DNA from: a virus
Reading direction: 5' to 3' (one strand)
Virus record (IMG/VR): IMGVR_UViG_3300010938_000004
Location: 68,521 to 132,520 of that record
Length of the DNA: 64,000 bases
Part shown: one piece after another, positions 19,193 through 29,411 of the stretch
How positions within the stretch are numbered: the first letter of the stretch is position 1
How the letters are laid out: each line of letters begins with the position of its first letter
Notes under the pieces: generated by a model
What the model saw: only the letters and a program-made list of their open reading frames with translations
The model's database searches: none
Told to the model about the DNA's origin: nothing
Position numbers and translations under genes: made by a program

Positions 19193-19767
19193 TGTCAGAA
19201 GAGGTAAAAAAGTTTGCTGCAGAGGAAGCAGAGCAAGACGCTGTCGTGACGGTGACGCAGCGATCTCTCGGCGGGGATAACGCGTTTATTATCCCTCAGT
19301 CCGTTCCCGCACCAGCGTTCCCCGCCGAGGTGCAGCAACTCATGCAGTATAGCTCGTTGATCGAGGAGCTTACTACGATCAACACGATCTCTGGCCCAAT
19401 GTACATGTACCTTTTCCTTCAGGCCTGTGAGGAAACTGCAGCAATTCGCGCCGCGGTGGCTATAAAGTATGAGAAATGCCGTGACCTAGCCAAGAAGGCC
19501 CATGCAGCTGCTCAGTTGGACAAGGCCCCCGCGCTGTTGGAGAAGATCGGCCGAAAGGTGTCAGAGGCTGCGTGCGAGAAGGTGGCGGATTCGGATGCTG
19601 ATTATCTTCGCGCCCGCGAGGCTGAGAGTTACTATAAGGCCCTGTTGACCTATCTCGACTCCAAGCTTTCTTCGTTCGAGAAGGCGCACGATGACGCCAA
19701 GAAGATTTTCGATAAGGCACCCTCTGGTGCCGGCCAGTCATCTGGCGCGCCTAGCAATGATAAGTGA
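19192..19767 (+). CDS. UvsY-like recombination mediator (putative)
   Basis: Helical protein between SSB and RecA; SE..C..AD..Y pattern. Confidence 0.55.
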   Translation: MSEEVKKFAAEEAEQDAVVTVTQRSLGGDNAFIIPQSVPAPAFPAEVQQLMQYSSLIEELTTINTISGPMYMYLFLQACEETAAIRAAVAIKYEKCRDLAKKAHAAAQLDKAPALLEKIGRKVSEAACEKVADSDADYLRAREAESYYKALLTYLDSKLSSFEKAHDDAKKIFDKAPSGAGQSSGAPSNDK

Positions 19768-19880
19768 TACATCGCTAAGTGATACATCGCTAAGTGATAC
19801 ATCGCTAAGTGATACATCGCTAAGTGATACATCGCTAAGTGATACATCGCTAAGTGATACATCGCTAAGTGATACATCGC
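19761..19880. repeat. Perfect intergenic tandem array, 8x TAAGTGATACATCGC
   Basis: Counted directly; no spacers. Confidence 0.98.
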
Positions 19881-19905
19881 CAAATCGGCGATGGGGAGTA
19901 AAGTA

Positions 19906-21009
19906 ATGGCCACTGACTGGATTGCGAAGATGTCTCGCGGCGAGCACAACATCTCGGGGGAGAAGGTGCTGCCGAAGGTTCGAGTGCCTACCCTTAGCCC
20001 TTCCCTTAACTGGGCCCTGGGCGGCGGCCTGTATAAGGGCTACAGTCTGTGCCTGTATGGACCAGAGGGATCTGGCAAATCGCTCATCGCATTGATGGGC
20101 TGTGGGTCGATCCAGGCCATGGACCCGGAAGCCTTGGTCGCTTATATCACCACCGAGATGCGCCCGGTTACTCCAGAACGCGCCAGGAATCTGGGGGTAG
20201 ACCCGGCGCGTACGCTGTTTCGACAGGCCAACACCACTAAGGATGTGTTTGACTGGATCGTCTCCAAGGACGAGAGGTTCGTGAACAGCGACGGCACCAC
20301 TGATGGCCCAGGTCTTCAGTTTGCCCTTGCGGAAGGTGCGCCCTACAGAGCTATCGTCATCGACTCTATCAAGGGCATCCAGGCTCCTAAGGAGCAAGTG
20401 AAAGAGACCGTCGAGGCCTACACCATAGGCGACTTGAGTCGCGTGTTGAACCCGGCATTCCGCAGTCTTACGCCCGTGATCCGCAAGTATGATCTGATGC
20501 ACATTGGCGTTCAGCAGGTGAACCAGAACATGGACGCTGACGAGGTGAAGTACCAGAACAAGAAGTATACGGTGCCCAGCGGGCAGGCGTTGCGTCATTT
20601 CTACGAGACTATGGCTCTGGTGGAGCGTGTTACCTCCAAAGATAGCAAGTCATTCGATCCTGAGATGGCGATGATTAACGACAAGCAGCTTCAGACCGGA
20701 CATACGATTCGCGTGCGCGTCGAGAAGGCCAATCTGGACAAGCCATTTCGGGACGCAGAGTTCAAGATCGATTACGACAAGGGCGTCGTGGATATTGGCA
20801 TCGAGGTGGCAATGCTGGCTGCGTCCTTGAACGTGCTGAAGCATCCGCTCAATCCCGAGGGCAAGCCGATCATGACCCAGTGGGTATTTGATCCCGAGGA
20901 TAAGTCGGTAGCCCCGAAGAAGTGGATCGGGTTCCAGAGGGCCTCGGACGAGATCTCGGAGAACCTTGACTTGCAGATGGCCCTTTTGAGAGCATGCAAT
21001 AAGATATGA
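19906..21009 (+). CDS. recA: RecA/UvsX recombinase
   Basis: LNWALGGGL, GPEGSGKS, IVIDSI, PSGQAL; SD GGGGAG before ATG 19906. Confidence 0.93.
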   Translation: MATDWIAKMSRGEHNISGEKVLPKVRVPTLSPSLNWALGGGLYKGYSLCLYGPEGSGKSLIALMGCGSIQAMDPEALVAYITTEMRPVTPERARNLGVDPARTLFRQANTTKDVFDWIVSKDERFVNSDGTTDGPGLQFALAEGAPYRAIVIDSIKGIQAPKEQVKETVEAYTIGDLSRVLNPAFRSLTPVIRKYDLMHIGVQQVNQNMDADEVKYQNKKYTVPSGQALRHFYETMALVERVTSKDSKSFDPEMAMINDKQLQTGHTIRVRVEKANLDKPFRDAEFKIDYDKGVVDIGIEVAMLAASLNVLKHPLNPEGKPIMTQWVFDPEDKSVAPKKWIGFQRASDEISENLDLQMALLRACNKI

Positions 21010-22022
21010 AGTATATCCTCGTAGGAGACTTGCATACCAAGCTTTCAAGGCTGTCCGAGTACGACGCCTTCTGGAACGAGTTGGAAGAGCTAGTGCGCAA
21101 TGAGCGCCCCGATTTCGTGGTGTTCATGGGCGACTTGTTCGACACCTTCTCGGTGCTTCGTGTCGAGGTTCTCGACTATCTGATCGGTAAATTCAACGCG
21201 CTTAGGGGGCGGCTGTCGCAGCATCGGGTGGTTGCTCTGGTGGGTAATCACGATATGGCAGGAGCGGACAGCGGGCCCCATGCGCTTTGTGCTTTCGCCG
21301 ATTTGATAACGGTAATAGATGCGCCGAGAGCGATCTCCTATAGCTTCGTAGATAAGAACCAGATACCAGTGTACGGTTTCCCATTCATGAGAGACGGCCG
21401 CAGGTTTGAGGAGGAGGCCAAGAAGCTTCCTCCGGGGGTCATTTTGATGGCCCATCAGTCAGCTGAGGGCGCGGTCTTTCCATCCGGTGCGGTGGACAAA
21501 GAGGCCGTACCTTTGTCGTGCATCGACCACCTCTTTGGAGTATTCAGCGGCCATATCCATGAATCCCAAGCGCTGACGTCCCCACTAGGCAAGAAGTTCG
21601 TCTACGTTGGCACTCCGTACCACAGTTGCTTCGACGACTCTGGCAAGGTCAAGGGTGTATCTATCCTGGACACTACCACCAAGAGAGTCACCTTCCATGA
21701 GATCAAGAGCATGCCGAAGTTCATCGAGGTCTCATTCAGGGAGACTTTTCCCGCGGTCGCCAAAGGGGACCACTGTAAGATAGTTGGGCAGGGAACTCCG
21801 CAAGAGCTGAGAGACTTCTGGGCCTCGGACTATGTGAAGCATCTTCGGCAGCTTGCGGCTCGGATCGTGGATGCCACTACCGTTATTAGGCAGTGTGATG
21901 CTACGATTATCTCGAAGACGAACGAGTCACAGGAGAACAAGGTCGATGTTTTTGTCAGCCTCAGGAAGTGGCGCACCCAGCCTGAACTCGTCGCCAGAGA
22001 AGCCCGAAGACTTCTTTCGTAG
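21006..22022 (+). CDS. Mre11/SbcD/gp47-like nuclease
   Basis: GDLH, GDLFD, GNHD, SGHIH, YVGTP. Confidence 0.9.
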   Translation: MKYILVGDLHTKLSRLSEYDAFWNELEELVRNERPDFVVFMGDLFDTFSVLRVEVLDYLIGKFNALRGRLSQHRVVALVGNHDMAGADSGPHALCAFADLITVIDAPRAISYSFVDKNQIPVYGFPFMRDGRRFEEEAKKLPPGVILMAHQSAEGAVFPSGAVDKEAVPLSCIDHLFGVFSGHIHESQALTSPLGKKFVYVGTPYHSCFDDSGKVKGVSILDTTTKRVTFHEIKSMPKFIEVSFRETFPAVAKGDHCKIVGQGTPQELRDFWASDYVKHLRQLAARIVDATTVIRQCDATIISKTNESQENKVDVFVSLRKWRTQPELVAREARRLLS

Positions 22023-22038
22023 GCGTGTTTTTGAGGAG

Positions 22039-22506
22039 ATGTTTCTCCTTGAGATGGGTTTCATGCCTACCGTCACCATGGACGCGATCTTCGCGTTCAT
22101 CATTGCTCAGGGTATCCGACCGGAGAAAATCCGAGTGCTGTACGATCCAGACCAGGCGGGGGGCGGAGCCAGGCCGGCCATTCATATGGTGTTCTCAACT
22201 AGATGGCCCTGGCTGTACAGAATGGGGCTGAAGGGAAGAGACTCATCTTCATTGCTTGGTAAGCTATTGTATATGTTTGCCTATCTAGTAGGAACTCCAT
22301 TCCTGGTAGGGCAGCTGGTAGAGTCCTATGCTCGTAGTCTTTTGCCAGGTAGGTACAGTGTCTCAGTCTGGGTCAACGAACGCGGTGGAGCAGAGCAGGT
22401 ACTCGAAAGAATCGCTCCTGAGCCTCGGCCTGTCCGAAAAGGAGGCGAACCTGCTGATGGGGTGGATAGCCAAGGGCAAGCCGGGAGTGGCCCAGTCCAG
22501 GGCTGA
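22039..22506 (+). CDS. Hypothetical protein (start uncertain)
   Basis: Open frame between nuclease and TerS-like gene. Confidence 0.45.
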   Translation: MFLLEMGFMPTVTMDAIFAFIIAQGIRPEKIRVLYDPDQAGGGARPAIHMVFSTRWPWLYRMGLKGRDSSSLLGKLLYMFAYLVGTPFLVGQLVESYARSLLPGRYSVSVWVNERGGAEQVLERIAPEPRPVRKGGEPADGVDSQGQAGSGPVQG

Positions 22507-23053
22507 CGATCTGTTTCACCTCTACCTGTTGGGCTACTCGTGCCAGGACATCCACGATGAGTTTCCTGCGTATGATCTGCCATTGCTCCTCTACGCGCGG
22601 GTCCAACATTCATGGGATGAACGACGCAGAGACTATAAAAAGCGACTGTCGGCCTCAGTTCTAGAAGATGCGTCTGCTACAGCATTCTCTACCGTCAAGA
22701 CGATTATGGAGTTGGTGCACGCGTCTAGTGTGCAGATGCGTCGGGACCTGATGAGGTATTTGGAAAACCCAGAGAAGAACAAGCCGCCCGAGTTCTTGCC
22801 CAGGTCTCCGCGGGAGCTTGGTAACCTGGTTAGTCTGTTGAAAGAACTGACCGCTGTGCCTCAGCCGGGGCAGGCGTCGGGGATGTGGTTGAACGTCAAT
22901 ATCAATAATCCTCAAGCGCCCGCACAGACCTCGGCGGCGCCTGGAGTGGCTTCCACCGTTTCTCCGCTTCAGTCAGTGAACGCGAGAGATGTAAAGGCTT
23001 CCCTTCTGAGAGACGCAGCCACTATTGAGGCCAGCGGTGGAAAAAAGCAATAA
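22358..23053 (+). CDS. Putative terminase small subunit (start uncertain)
   Basis: HTH-like YLLGYSCQDIH, WDERR; immediately upstream of TerL. Confidence 0.55.
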   Translation: MSQSGSTNAVEQSRYSKESLLSLGLSEKEANLLMGWIAKGKPGVAQSRADDLFHLYLLGYSCQDIHDEFPAYDLPLLLYARVQHSWDERRRDYKKRLSASVLEDASATAFSTVKTIMELVHASSVQMRRDLMRYLENPEKNKPPEFLPRSPRELGNLVSLLKELTAVPQPGQASGMWLNVNINNPQAPAQTSAAPGVASTVSPLQSVNARDVKASLLRDAATIEASGGKKQ

Positions 23054-25046
23054 CCAGGGTGAGCTGATCGTAGACGCTGTGCCTCAGGGGGTGAGCCTGT
23101 CCTCATCCCCTCCTCCAGAGTTTGACGATCAGGTAAAGCTCATGACTCCTTGTGTGGACAAGGAACACCTGAGCGCATGGTTCGTGAAGTTCCTGGGGCT
23201 TAGGTTTCCTGATTGCATCGTGTCAGAGCATTCGACCAGCAGTCCCATGGACTTTGCATGGGCTGTGTATGACGCAGCCATGTCTGGTCGTGCGATAATC
23301 TTGATTGCGGTCGCTGGAAGAGAGTCGTTTAAAACGCTCGTCCTTTCTGCCGTGGAATTGGCGATTATGCTCCACGACAAGCGCAGCGTGGTCCATATTG
23401 GCATGACCGGCAAGCAGGCCTCTCGCGCCAAGGATTATCTGAATAAGGAGGTGAGAAACATTCCCCTTGTGTTGGGTGCCATCTCTGCTCAGAACGCCAC
23501 TGAGACTAAGTTCTTGATTGATTCTTCAGAGATAAGCTTTGAGATCATCTCCTGTACTCCCAAGGCAGTGCAGGGGCCTCATGGTAGCTTGGTCAGCTTC
23601 GACGAGATAGCTTCTTCGATAGAGCCCCAGAACGTGAAGGCGTACAAGGACACTTCCGGCATCCCAGGCCCATCAAGGGACGGAAAGCCCCCGGTGATTG
23701 TCAAGATCAGCTCTCGCCAGGCTGGCTTCTCTCTAATGGAGGTGGAGCTTGACGGAGCCAAGACCGATAAGCTCCGAGAGGTCCATACCTGGACTATCAT
23801 CGAGGCGATGAAGAGGTGCCCAGACGAGCGTTCTGGCACTACGCCTGTGGATTTGTGGATCAACACTCTGGGAGGGAAGCATGCCAGTGTGGATGAGTTT
23901 GCGCTCATGCGCCCAGAGGAGAAAGGTGACTACAGCTTCCACCGGGTTTTTGATGGCTGTCTGAAGTGTCCCCTGTTGCATGTGTGCAAGGCACAGAGCA
24001 AGCGGCAGAAATCGAACAGTAACCTTCTGATGTCGGTTGACACCGTCTTAATTAAAGCCCGTGGTAACGCCGGCATGGGGTCGACCAACGATCACGATTG
24101 GATCATCTCGCAGCTGATGTCTCTCAAGCCGTCGGCGCAAGGACTCGTTCTGCCTCAGTTCAATAGGAAGATCCATGTAGGCTCTTGGGAGAAGCTAGCC
24201 AAAGTACTCACGGGCCAAGAGCACAAGAACCTGGACCGGGTTGGCTTTGTCAGGATGGCCAGAGCTGCAGGGTGTCAGTTCCTGGCAGGAGTTGACTTTG
24301 GGTGGGCCCATCCAACGGCATGCGTGTACGCGTGTGTAGATCGTCGCGGGAATGTGTACGTACTAGACTCGTTCGCCGCTGTTCAGATGCAGGATCAGGA
24401 TTTTGGAATCATGTTGATGAATGGTCCGCATCAGCTGTACCAGCCCGAAACTTATGTCTGTGACTGTGAAGACCCGGCCGGCATAGCAGAACTTGTATCG
24501 GCTGGGCTACCGGCCGTGCCGGTCCTTAAGGACAAGGGCTCCGTGTTCAAGGGCATCACCATCATCAGGAGTCTGCTCAAGGTGCCAGGCACGAACGACA
24601 TGACCAAGGTCTACTTCCATGAGGGATTGGACAAGCAGGGCATGGGTTTCCCAGACCTCATCTCCGAGATGGAGAAATGGAGCTTTAAGCTGGATGCGGC
24701 GGGAACGATAGTATCAGAAGAGCCGATCGATGTGAATGACGATCACATATCTGCTTTTAGGTACATGCTCTACCACTTGATGTCGGGGATGGTCTTCATT
24801 TCCGATGGCGCCTCGGGCAATGTGCCTGGGCAGGCACCTCTGCCCGAGCAGCAAGCGGTAAGAAACGAGATGCTGCAGCAGGCCGCCATGATGTCTGGCG
24901 TGCCCGTGGAGGACAACTTGACCGCCGAGCGATACGAGCCTCAGGCGGGCACTTTTCGTAACCCTATGGAGGAGAAGAAGCCCAAGAAGCCTGGAGGAGA
25001 TGGAAGTAGTGGTTCTTCTGGCGGTATCAGCTGGGGCTGGACCTGA
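23025..25046 (+). CDS. terL: Terminase large subunit
   Basis: AGRESFKT (Walker A), VSFDE (Walker B), GVDFGW, DDHISAFRY nuclease motifs. Confidence 0.9.
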   Translation: MRPAVEKSNNQGELIVDAVPQGVSLSSSPPPEFDDQVKLMTPCVDKEHLSAWFVKFLGLRFPDCIVSEHSTSSPMDFAWAVYDAAMSGRAIILIAVAGRESFKTLVLSAVELAIMLHDKRSVVHIGMTGKQASRAKDYLNKEVRNIPLVLGAISAQNATETKFLIDSSEISFEIISCTPKAVQGPHGSLVSFDEIASSIEPQNVKAYKDTSGIPGPSRDGKPPVIVKISSRQAGFSLMEVELDGAKTDKLREVHTWTIIEAMKRCPDERSGTTPVDLWINTLGGKHASVDEFALMRPEEKGDYSFHRVFDGCLKCPLLHVCKAQSKRQKSNSNLLMSVDTVLIKARGNAGMGSTNDHDWIISQLMSLKPSAQGLVLPQFNRKIHVGSWEKLAKVLTGQEHKNLDRVGFVRMARAAGCQFLAGVDFGWAHPTACVYACVDRRGNVYVLDSFAAVQMQDQDFGIMLMNGPHQLYQPETYVCDCEDPAGIAELVSAGLPAVPVLKDKGSVFKGITIIRSLLKVPGTNDMTKVYFHEGLDKQGMGFPDLISEMEKWSFKLDAAGTIVSEEPIDVNDDHISAFRYMLYHLMSGMVFISDGASGNVPGQAPLPEQQAVRNEMLQQAAMMSGVPVEDNLTAERYEPQAGTFRNPMEEKKPKKPGGDGSSGSSGGISWGWT

Positions 25047-25083
25047 GCTGATGGGTGCATGGTAAGATGCCGCTGAGGTTATA

Positions 25084-26019
25084 ATGGCGCTTTTGAACGT
25101 AAACCTTAATCTTCTTGCATATTTATCCAGCCAACAGAACACCAACCCCTCAAGTCGCCTGTTCGACGTCGTAGTGTCGATGAAGGGTTTGGCTACCGAC
25201 CTTACTAAGACAGAGCCTTTCGCGCTTGCTCCTGGCGAGACCAAGACCGTGATGAGCTTTGCTCGGTCGATCTCCTATAACGGGTCCACCTCCTTTTCGA
25301 TAGCGCCGGTGTCGGGCGGCTCGAAGGTGCGGCTGACCGGCTCTTATGGAGCCCGTACGGCTCGTGCAGACGGCGATGGCACTACCCAGTGGGTGGTCTC
25401 TCTTTCCGGCACCGTGATGCGCCTCACTTACGGCGGCACCGGCACCTCCCCTACGTTTGGTGGTATGTCAGCTGGTGACGGGCTTACGATCGAGCAGGAT
25501 AATACGGCATTCAACTCCGCGAATCGTGGAGACTGGACGATCTCCAAGGTTGGAGCGAACTACGTAGAGGTCCAGAATCCGCTGGCCGTGGGCGAGACTG
25601 TGGTCGGTCAGGTTCAGATCTATTCCAGCGGTCCGGTGCAGGTGGGGGACATACTAGATGTGTCGTCAACGGCGTTCTCCAAAGTTAACCGCGGCCAGTT
25701 CACAATAGAAAGAGTTACGGACTCGTACGTAGAGTTCACTAACGCCCTGGCAGTGAGCGAATCCAGCCTTACTGGGGTCGCAGCCTCAGGAGTTGCGATC
25801 TACTCCGACTTGTTCAAATGGTGCTTTGTCCAGGCGGCGCAGCGAGTGGTGGTTAGGCTCAACGGAGCCTCCGATGATTCCTGTGAGGTGGAGCCAGTGG
25901 CGAATGGTGACATAGAGAATAGTCCCGGTGTGTTCTTGAAGCGTGGCAAGGTGCACACTTTAGTGGTTTACAACCCCACAGACTCTGAAGTGGAAGGGTT
26001 CTGTTTCTTCGCAGAGTAA
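25084..26019 (+). CDS. Putative virion structural protein (beta-rich, internal repeat)
   Basis: Two AF...NRG.(W/F)TI..V...YVE..N.LAV.E repeats; late-type promoter. Confidence 0.6.
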   Translation: MALLNVNLNLLAYLSSQQNTNPSSRLFDVVVSMKGLATDLTKTEPFALAPGETKTVMSFARSISYNGSTSFSIAPVSGGSKVRLTGSYGARTARADGDGTTQWVVSLSGTVMRLTYGGTGTSPTFGGMSAGDGLTIEQDNTAFNSANRGDWTISKVGANYVEVQNPLAVGETVVGQVQIYSSGPVQVGDILDVSSTAFSKVNRGQFTIERVTDSYVEFTNALAVSESSLTGVAASGVAIYSDLFKWCFVQAAQRVVVRLNGASDDSCEVEPVANGDIENSPGVFLKRGKVHTLVVYNPTDSEVEGFCFFAE

Positions 26020-26022
26020 CAC

Positions 26023-26628
26023 ATGATGTTTCATATCCTCGCCTTGGACCTGTCTACCCACATTGGATGGGCCTACATAGCGCAGGGAAGGCTTGTGTCG
26101 AGTGGGGAATTACACGTTCCCAGCCCCAAGACCGACAAGAAGAATCCGCAGAATGATCCTGGATACCCGGAGACCTTCAACGCGTGCGCCCTTCATGCCG
26201 CTAGCCTGATCGAGGGCTTGTTAGAGAAACTACCGCCTCTGACGAATGTTGTGATCGAGAACACCGTTTCGGGGAGTAAAAGTCGGCACGACCAGCGCAT
26301 CCTTGAGTGGATACACTTGAGAGTCTTTGAGGTGGTCAAGCAGAAAGTGGGCTTGGACAGGGTCAAGTATATGGACCCATCCGAGTGGCGGTCTGCCATC
26401 GCTATGCGTATGACTAAGGAAGATAAGAAGAAGAATCAAGACGTAAAGGCCGGCAAGGCTAAGGGTAAGATTACCAGCAAGCATCTGTCGGTGCGCTACG
26501 CGAACGAGAATTTTGGCCTGAAGTTGCTTCAGAAGGAGAATAACCAGGCAGATGCTATTTGTCTCGGGATGGGTTTTTGGGAGAAGAATCGGCACATACA
26601 CCATATCCTTCGTGAGGTGTCGTCGTGA
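26023..26628 (+). CDS. RuvC-like Holliday junction resolvase
   Basis: ILALDLS..GWA, VVIE, PSEWR, ADAI. Confidence 0.85.
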   Translation: MMFHILALDLSTHIGWAYIAQGRLVSSGELHVPSPKTDKKNPQNDPGYPETFNACALHAASLIEGLLEKLPPLTNVVIENTVSGSKSRHDQRILEWIHLRVFEVVKQKVGLDRVKYMDPSEWRSAIAMRMTKEDKKKNQDVKAGKAKGKITSKHLSVRYANENFGLKLLQKENNQADAICLGMGFWEKNRHIHHILREVSS

Positions 26629-28556
26629 GCTTCTTGGATAGCATCAAGGATTGGGTGCAGTCCACCGTCGACCGACGGATTGCTGAAAATAACCAGGCGG
26701 TGTTGGATCTAAACAAGAAGGCCGCTGGCGGATCTGCAGACAATCAGCCTCAGAAGGGGTTTATCTACGATCCGTTCATGAACAACGAGATGGTAACGGG
26801 GCCGGTTAGGCTGAAGCCTACGTACCTGTCCACCAACCTTTTGAAGATCGCATCTCGACGAGATGCGATTGTGGGCAGCATTATCCATACTAGGGCGTCC
26901 GAGGCTGCTGCAGAAGCCAAGCGTCAGCAGAACAAGTATGACAACGGGTGGAACATTGTTCCGCGGTCTGACAATATCCAGGCAAAGCCAGAAGAGATCG
27001 CTTTGATTGCGGAGTTCATTCAGAACTGCGGAGAGACCAAGTCCCTTGTCAAGCAGGCGGGTGAACAAAAACTGACATTTGACCAGTTTGTGTACATGTC
27101 GGCCGTTGACATGCAGCGATATGGCCACATGGCTGTCGAGCGACTCTACAAGATGAACAAGCGCCTCCGTGCGTTTAGGCCGCTTGCTGGAGAGTCTATC
27201 TACCACGCGAAACCTGACTCTGAGTACTCTAGTACTCAGCTTGAGAACGACGTGTCGCAAAATGCGGCCGTGTATGGTCACCTTGGCTGGAGCTTTAAGG
27301 ACCCGGCGAAGTCTATCTTCAAGGGGCCGGTTAAGTATGTGCAGCAGATCCAGAACAAGACAACGGCTGTCTTTCGCGAGGAAGAGTGCTTGTTCTGGCG
27401 TCTCACTGTTGAGACAGATCTAGACCTTCAGGGGTACGCGATAGGGCCGCTAGAGAGAGCCATTGAGGCCGTATCGAACCACCTCAAGGTTGAGAATCAC
27501 CAGGCTATGTTTTTCACCCATGGTCAGGCATCCCGCGGTGTCTTCGTGCTGAATGGTGCGGGCGTCAACAAGCAGGCGGTTGACCGGGTGCAGGCGCAAT
27601 GGACCCAGACCACCACTGGCCCTGCGAACGCATGGAGAACGTTGGTCCTTGGGGGCTCCGACATCAAGGCAGATTGGATACCGATCACGATTAACAACCG
27701 CGACATGGAGTTTACGTTCTACACGGAGCACCTCCTTCGTGTGCTGCATTCGTGTTTCATGATTGACCCCGAGCAGACTGGCTTCGGGTACCTGAGCAAG
27801 GGCACCCAGTCTCGGACGTTGGGTGAAAGTCAGAATGAGTGGAAGATCACGGCCTCCAAGGAGCGCGGGCTGATGCCCATCCTGGGTCGTATCGAGTCGC
27901 TTATAAACGAGGAGATCCTTCCCTTGTGGAGTCCGGATCTCGCCAGCAAGTATAAGTTTCAGTTCGCTGGCGTGGACGCGGAGACCAGGCTGGAAGAGAT
28001 GCAGCGTTTGACTGCTGAAGTGTCGCTGCACAAGACGATCGGCGAGGCGCGAAAAGAAGCCGGCCTGCCGCCGCTGCCTTTTGGCAATGGTCTCGTGCTG
28101 AATGGTCCACTGCTGACCTACTTAGAGAAGAACCTCCCGAAGGGCGTCTTCATGGAGACATTTGTGGGGGTACAGGGAGCTTCTCAGCGTCCCGATCTGC
28201 AATACATTCCTGATGCGATGTGGTTTAACTACCAGCAGATGATGATGGCATTGGCAGGTGTCAACCAGGGTGGCGGAGAAGAGGGCGACGACGGAGAAGA
28301 AGAGAAAGAGACCAAGAAGAGCCAGGCGTCCAGCGAGGACATGGTCGCCGCGGCACAACGCTACATTGAATCGAATCCTGAGCTATTCAAGGCCTACAAG
28401 GATAACCTGGTCTCCGCTAAGCGCCATACGTCATCTATCGACAGCGCCGTCAACGACATGATGAAGGAGCTGGACGAGGCTGCGAATAGGTTGGTAGATG
28501 AGGCCATCAAGGCCATCGCCGAGGACAAGGGCGATTCCGACGGTCATGACCACTGA
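26625..28556 (+). CDS. Portal protein
   Basis: GYAIGPLE, FFTHG, DMEF, PEQTGF, GLMPIL, EARKEAGLPPL..G. Confidence 0.9.
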   Translation: MSFLDSIKDWVQSTVDRRIAENNQAVLDLNKKAAGGSADNQPQKGFIYDPFMNNEMVTGPVRLKPTYLSTNLLKIASRRDAIVGSIIHTRASEAAAEAKRQQNKYDNGWNIVPRSDNIQAKPEEIALIAEFIQNCGETKSLVKQAGEQKLTFDQFVYMSAVDMQRYGHMAVERLYKMNKRLRAFRPLAGESIYHAKPDSEYSSTQLENDVSQNAAVYGHLGWSFKDPAKSIFKGPVKYVQQIQNKTTAVFREEECLFWRLTVETDLDLQGYAIGPLERAIEAVSNHLKVENHQAMFFTHGQASRGVFVLNGAGVNKQAVDRVQAQWTQTTTGPANAWRTLVLGGSDIKADWIPITINNRDMEFTFYTEHLLRVLHSCFMIDPEQTGFGYLSKGTQSRTLGESQNEWKITASKERGLMPILGRIESLINEEILPLWSPDLASKYKFQFAGVDAETRLEEMQRLTAEVSLHKTIGEARKEAGLPPLPFGNGLVLNGPLLTYLEKNLPKGVFMETFVGVQGASQRPDLQYIPDAMWFNYQQMMMALAGVNQGGGEEGDDGEEEKETKKSQASSEDMVAAAQRYIESNPELFKAYKDNLVSAKRHTSSIDSAVNDMMKELDEAANRLVDEAIKAIAEDKGDSDGHDH

Positions 28557-28564
28557 GGTTCCCA

Positions 28565-29410
28565 GTGAGCCTTAAAGATTCCACAATATTGAAAATTCAG
28601 GCCGCTAAGCGGCGGTTCGTGTCGTACATGAGGTACGTTTTTGTGGGGCCTCATGTTTTGTCCAAAAAGGAATTGAAGGATCTGGTCAGGTTTGGCTACA
28701 TAGGTGCCACCTCTTCTTCGCGCATGGCTCCCGTCGAGTTTTACGTTCGCGCAAAGAAAGACCTGAGTGATGGTGTGGTGGGCAGGGTTTCTGGCCAGGA
28801 GGCGATGCTGGGCTTCATAGAGCGCATGGCAGATCTCTACACCAGGAAGGCCATGGAACACGTGGCGGACGAGATTCAAGCTCGCATTGAGCACGCCCAC
28901 CTGCCTCTGATACCGGCTGAGGGTGCGGCAGTGATGAATATGCTCAAAGACCCCAAGAAGCATCACAAATATCTAAGGAACGAGCTTGAGGGCGTGGTGG
29001 ATAATTGGAAGCATCGGTGGAAGACCATTGTTAAGACCGAGTTGAATCGCGCTGCGAACTATGGCGCGGCTGAGGCTATCGTAGGTAACAATCCAGGCAA
29101 GAAGCCAGAGGACATCCTTGTCTACAAGATGGGGTCACACAACTACTCCGAGTCCTGTGATGAATGTAAGAAGTTCTGGTTTCTGCCGGATGGTCGGCCT
29201 AGGGTGTACAAGCTGTCAGAGTTGGTGGCGGGTGGTTCAAACGTAGGCAAGAAGAAGCATGAGTGGCGGCCTGGACTAGATTCTACACACCCAAATTGTG
29301 TCCATAGACTGCACGAATTGCGCACTGGGTATGGGTTTGACGCGAGCGGTCGAATCACGTACGTAGGGAAAGATCACGACGAGAAGAAGGCGCAGGCCTT
29401 GATCTCTTGA
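28565..29410 (+). CDS. Head morphogenesis protein (Mu gpF-like)
   Basis: IVKTE, CDEC, HPNCVH; follows portal. Confidence 0.75.
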   Translation: MSLKDSTILKIQAAKRRFVSYMRYVFVGPHVLSKKELKDLVRFGYIGATSSSRMAPVEFYVRAKKDLSDGVVGRVSGQEAMLGFIERMADLYTRKAMEHVADEIQARIEHAHLPLIPAEGAAVMNMLKDPKKHHKYLRNELEGVVDNWKHRWKTIVKTELNRAANYGAAEAIVGNNPGKKPEDILVYKMGSHNYSESCDECKKFWFLPDGRPRVYKLSELVAGGSNVGKKKHEWRPGLDSTHPNCVHRLHELRTGYGFDASGRITYVGKDHDEKKAQALIS

Positions 29411-29411
29411 A

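Noticed and set aside
19761-19880. CRISPR array
   Set aside because: Units are contiguous with no spacers, and no cas genes are present
19650-20598. ORFs encoding (MYHLA)n, (SDTSL)n and (DVSLS)n
   Set aside because: Translations of the 15-bp non-coding array overlapping real genes
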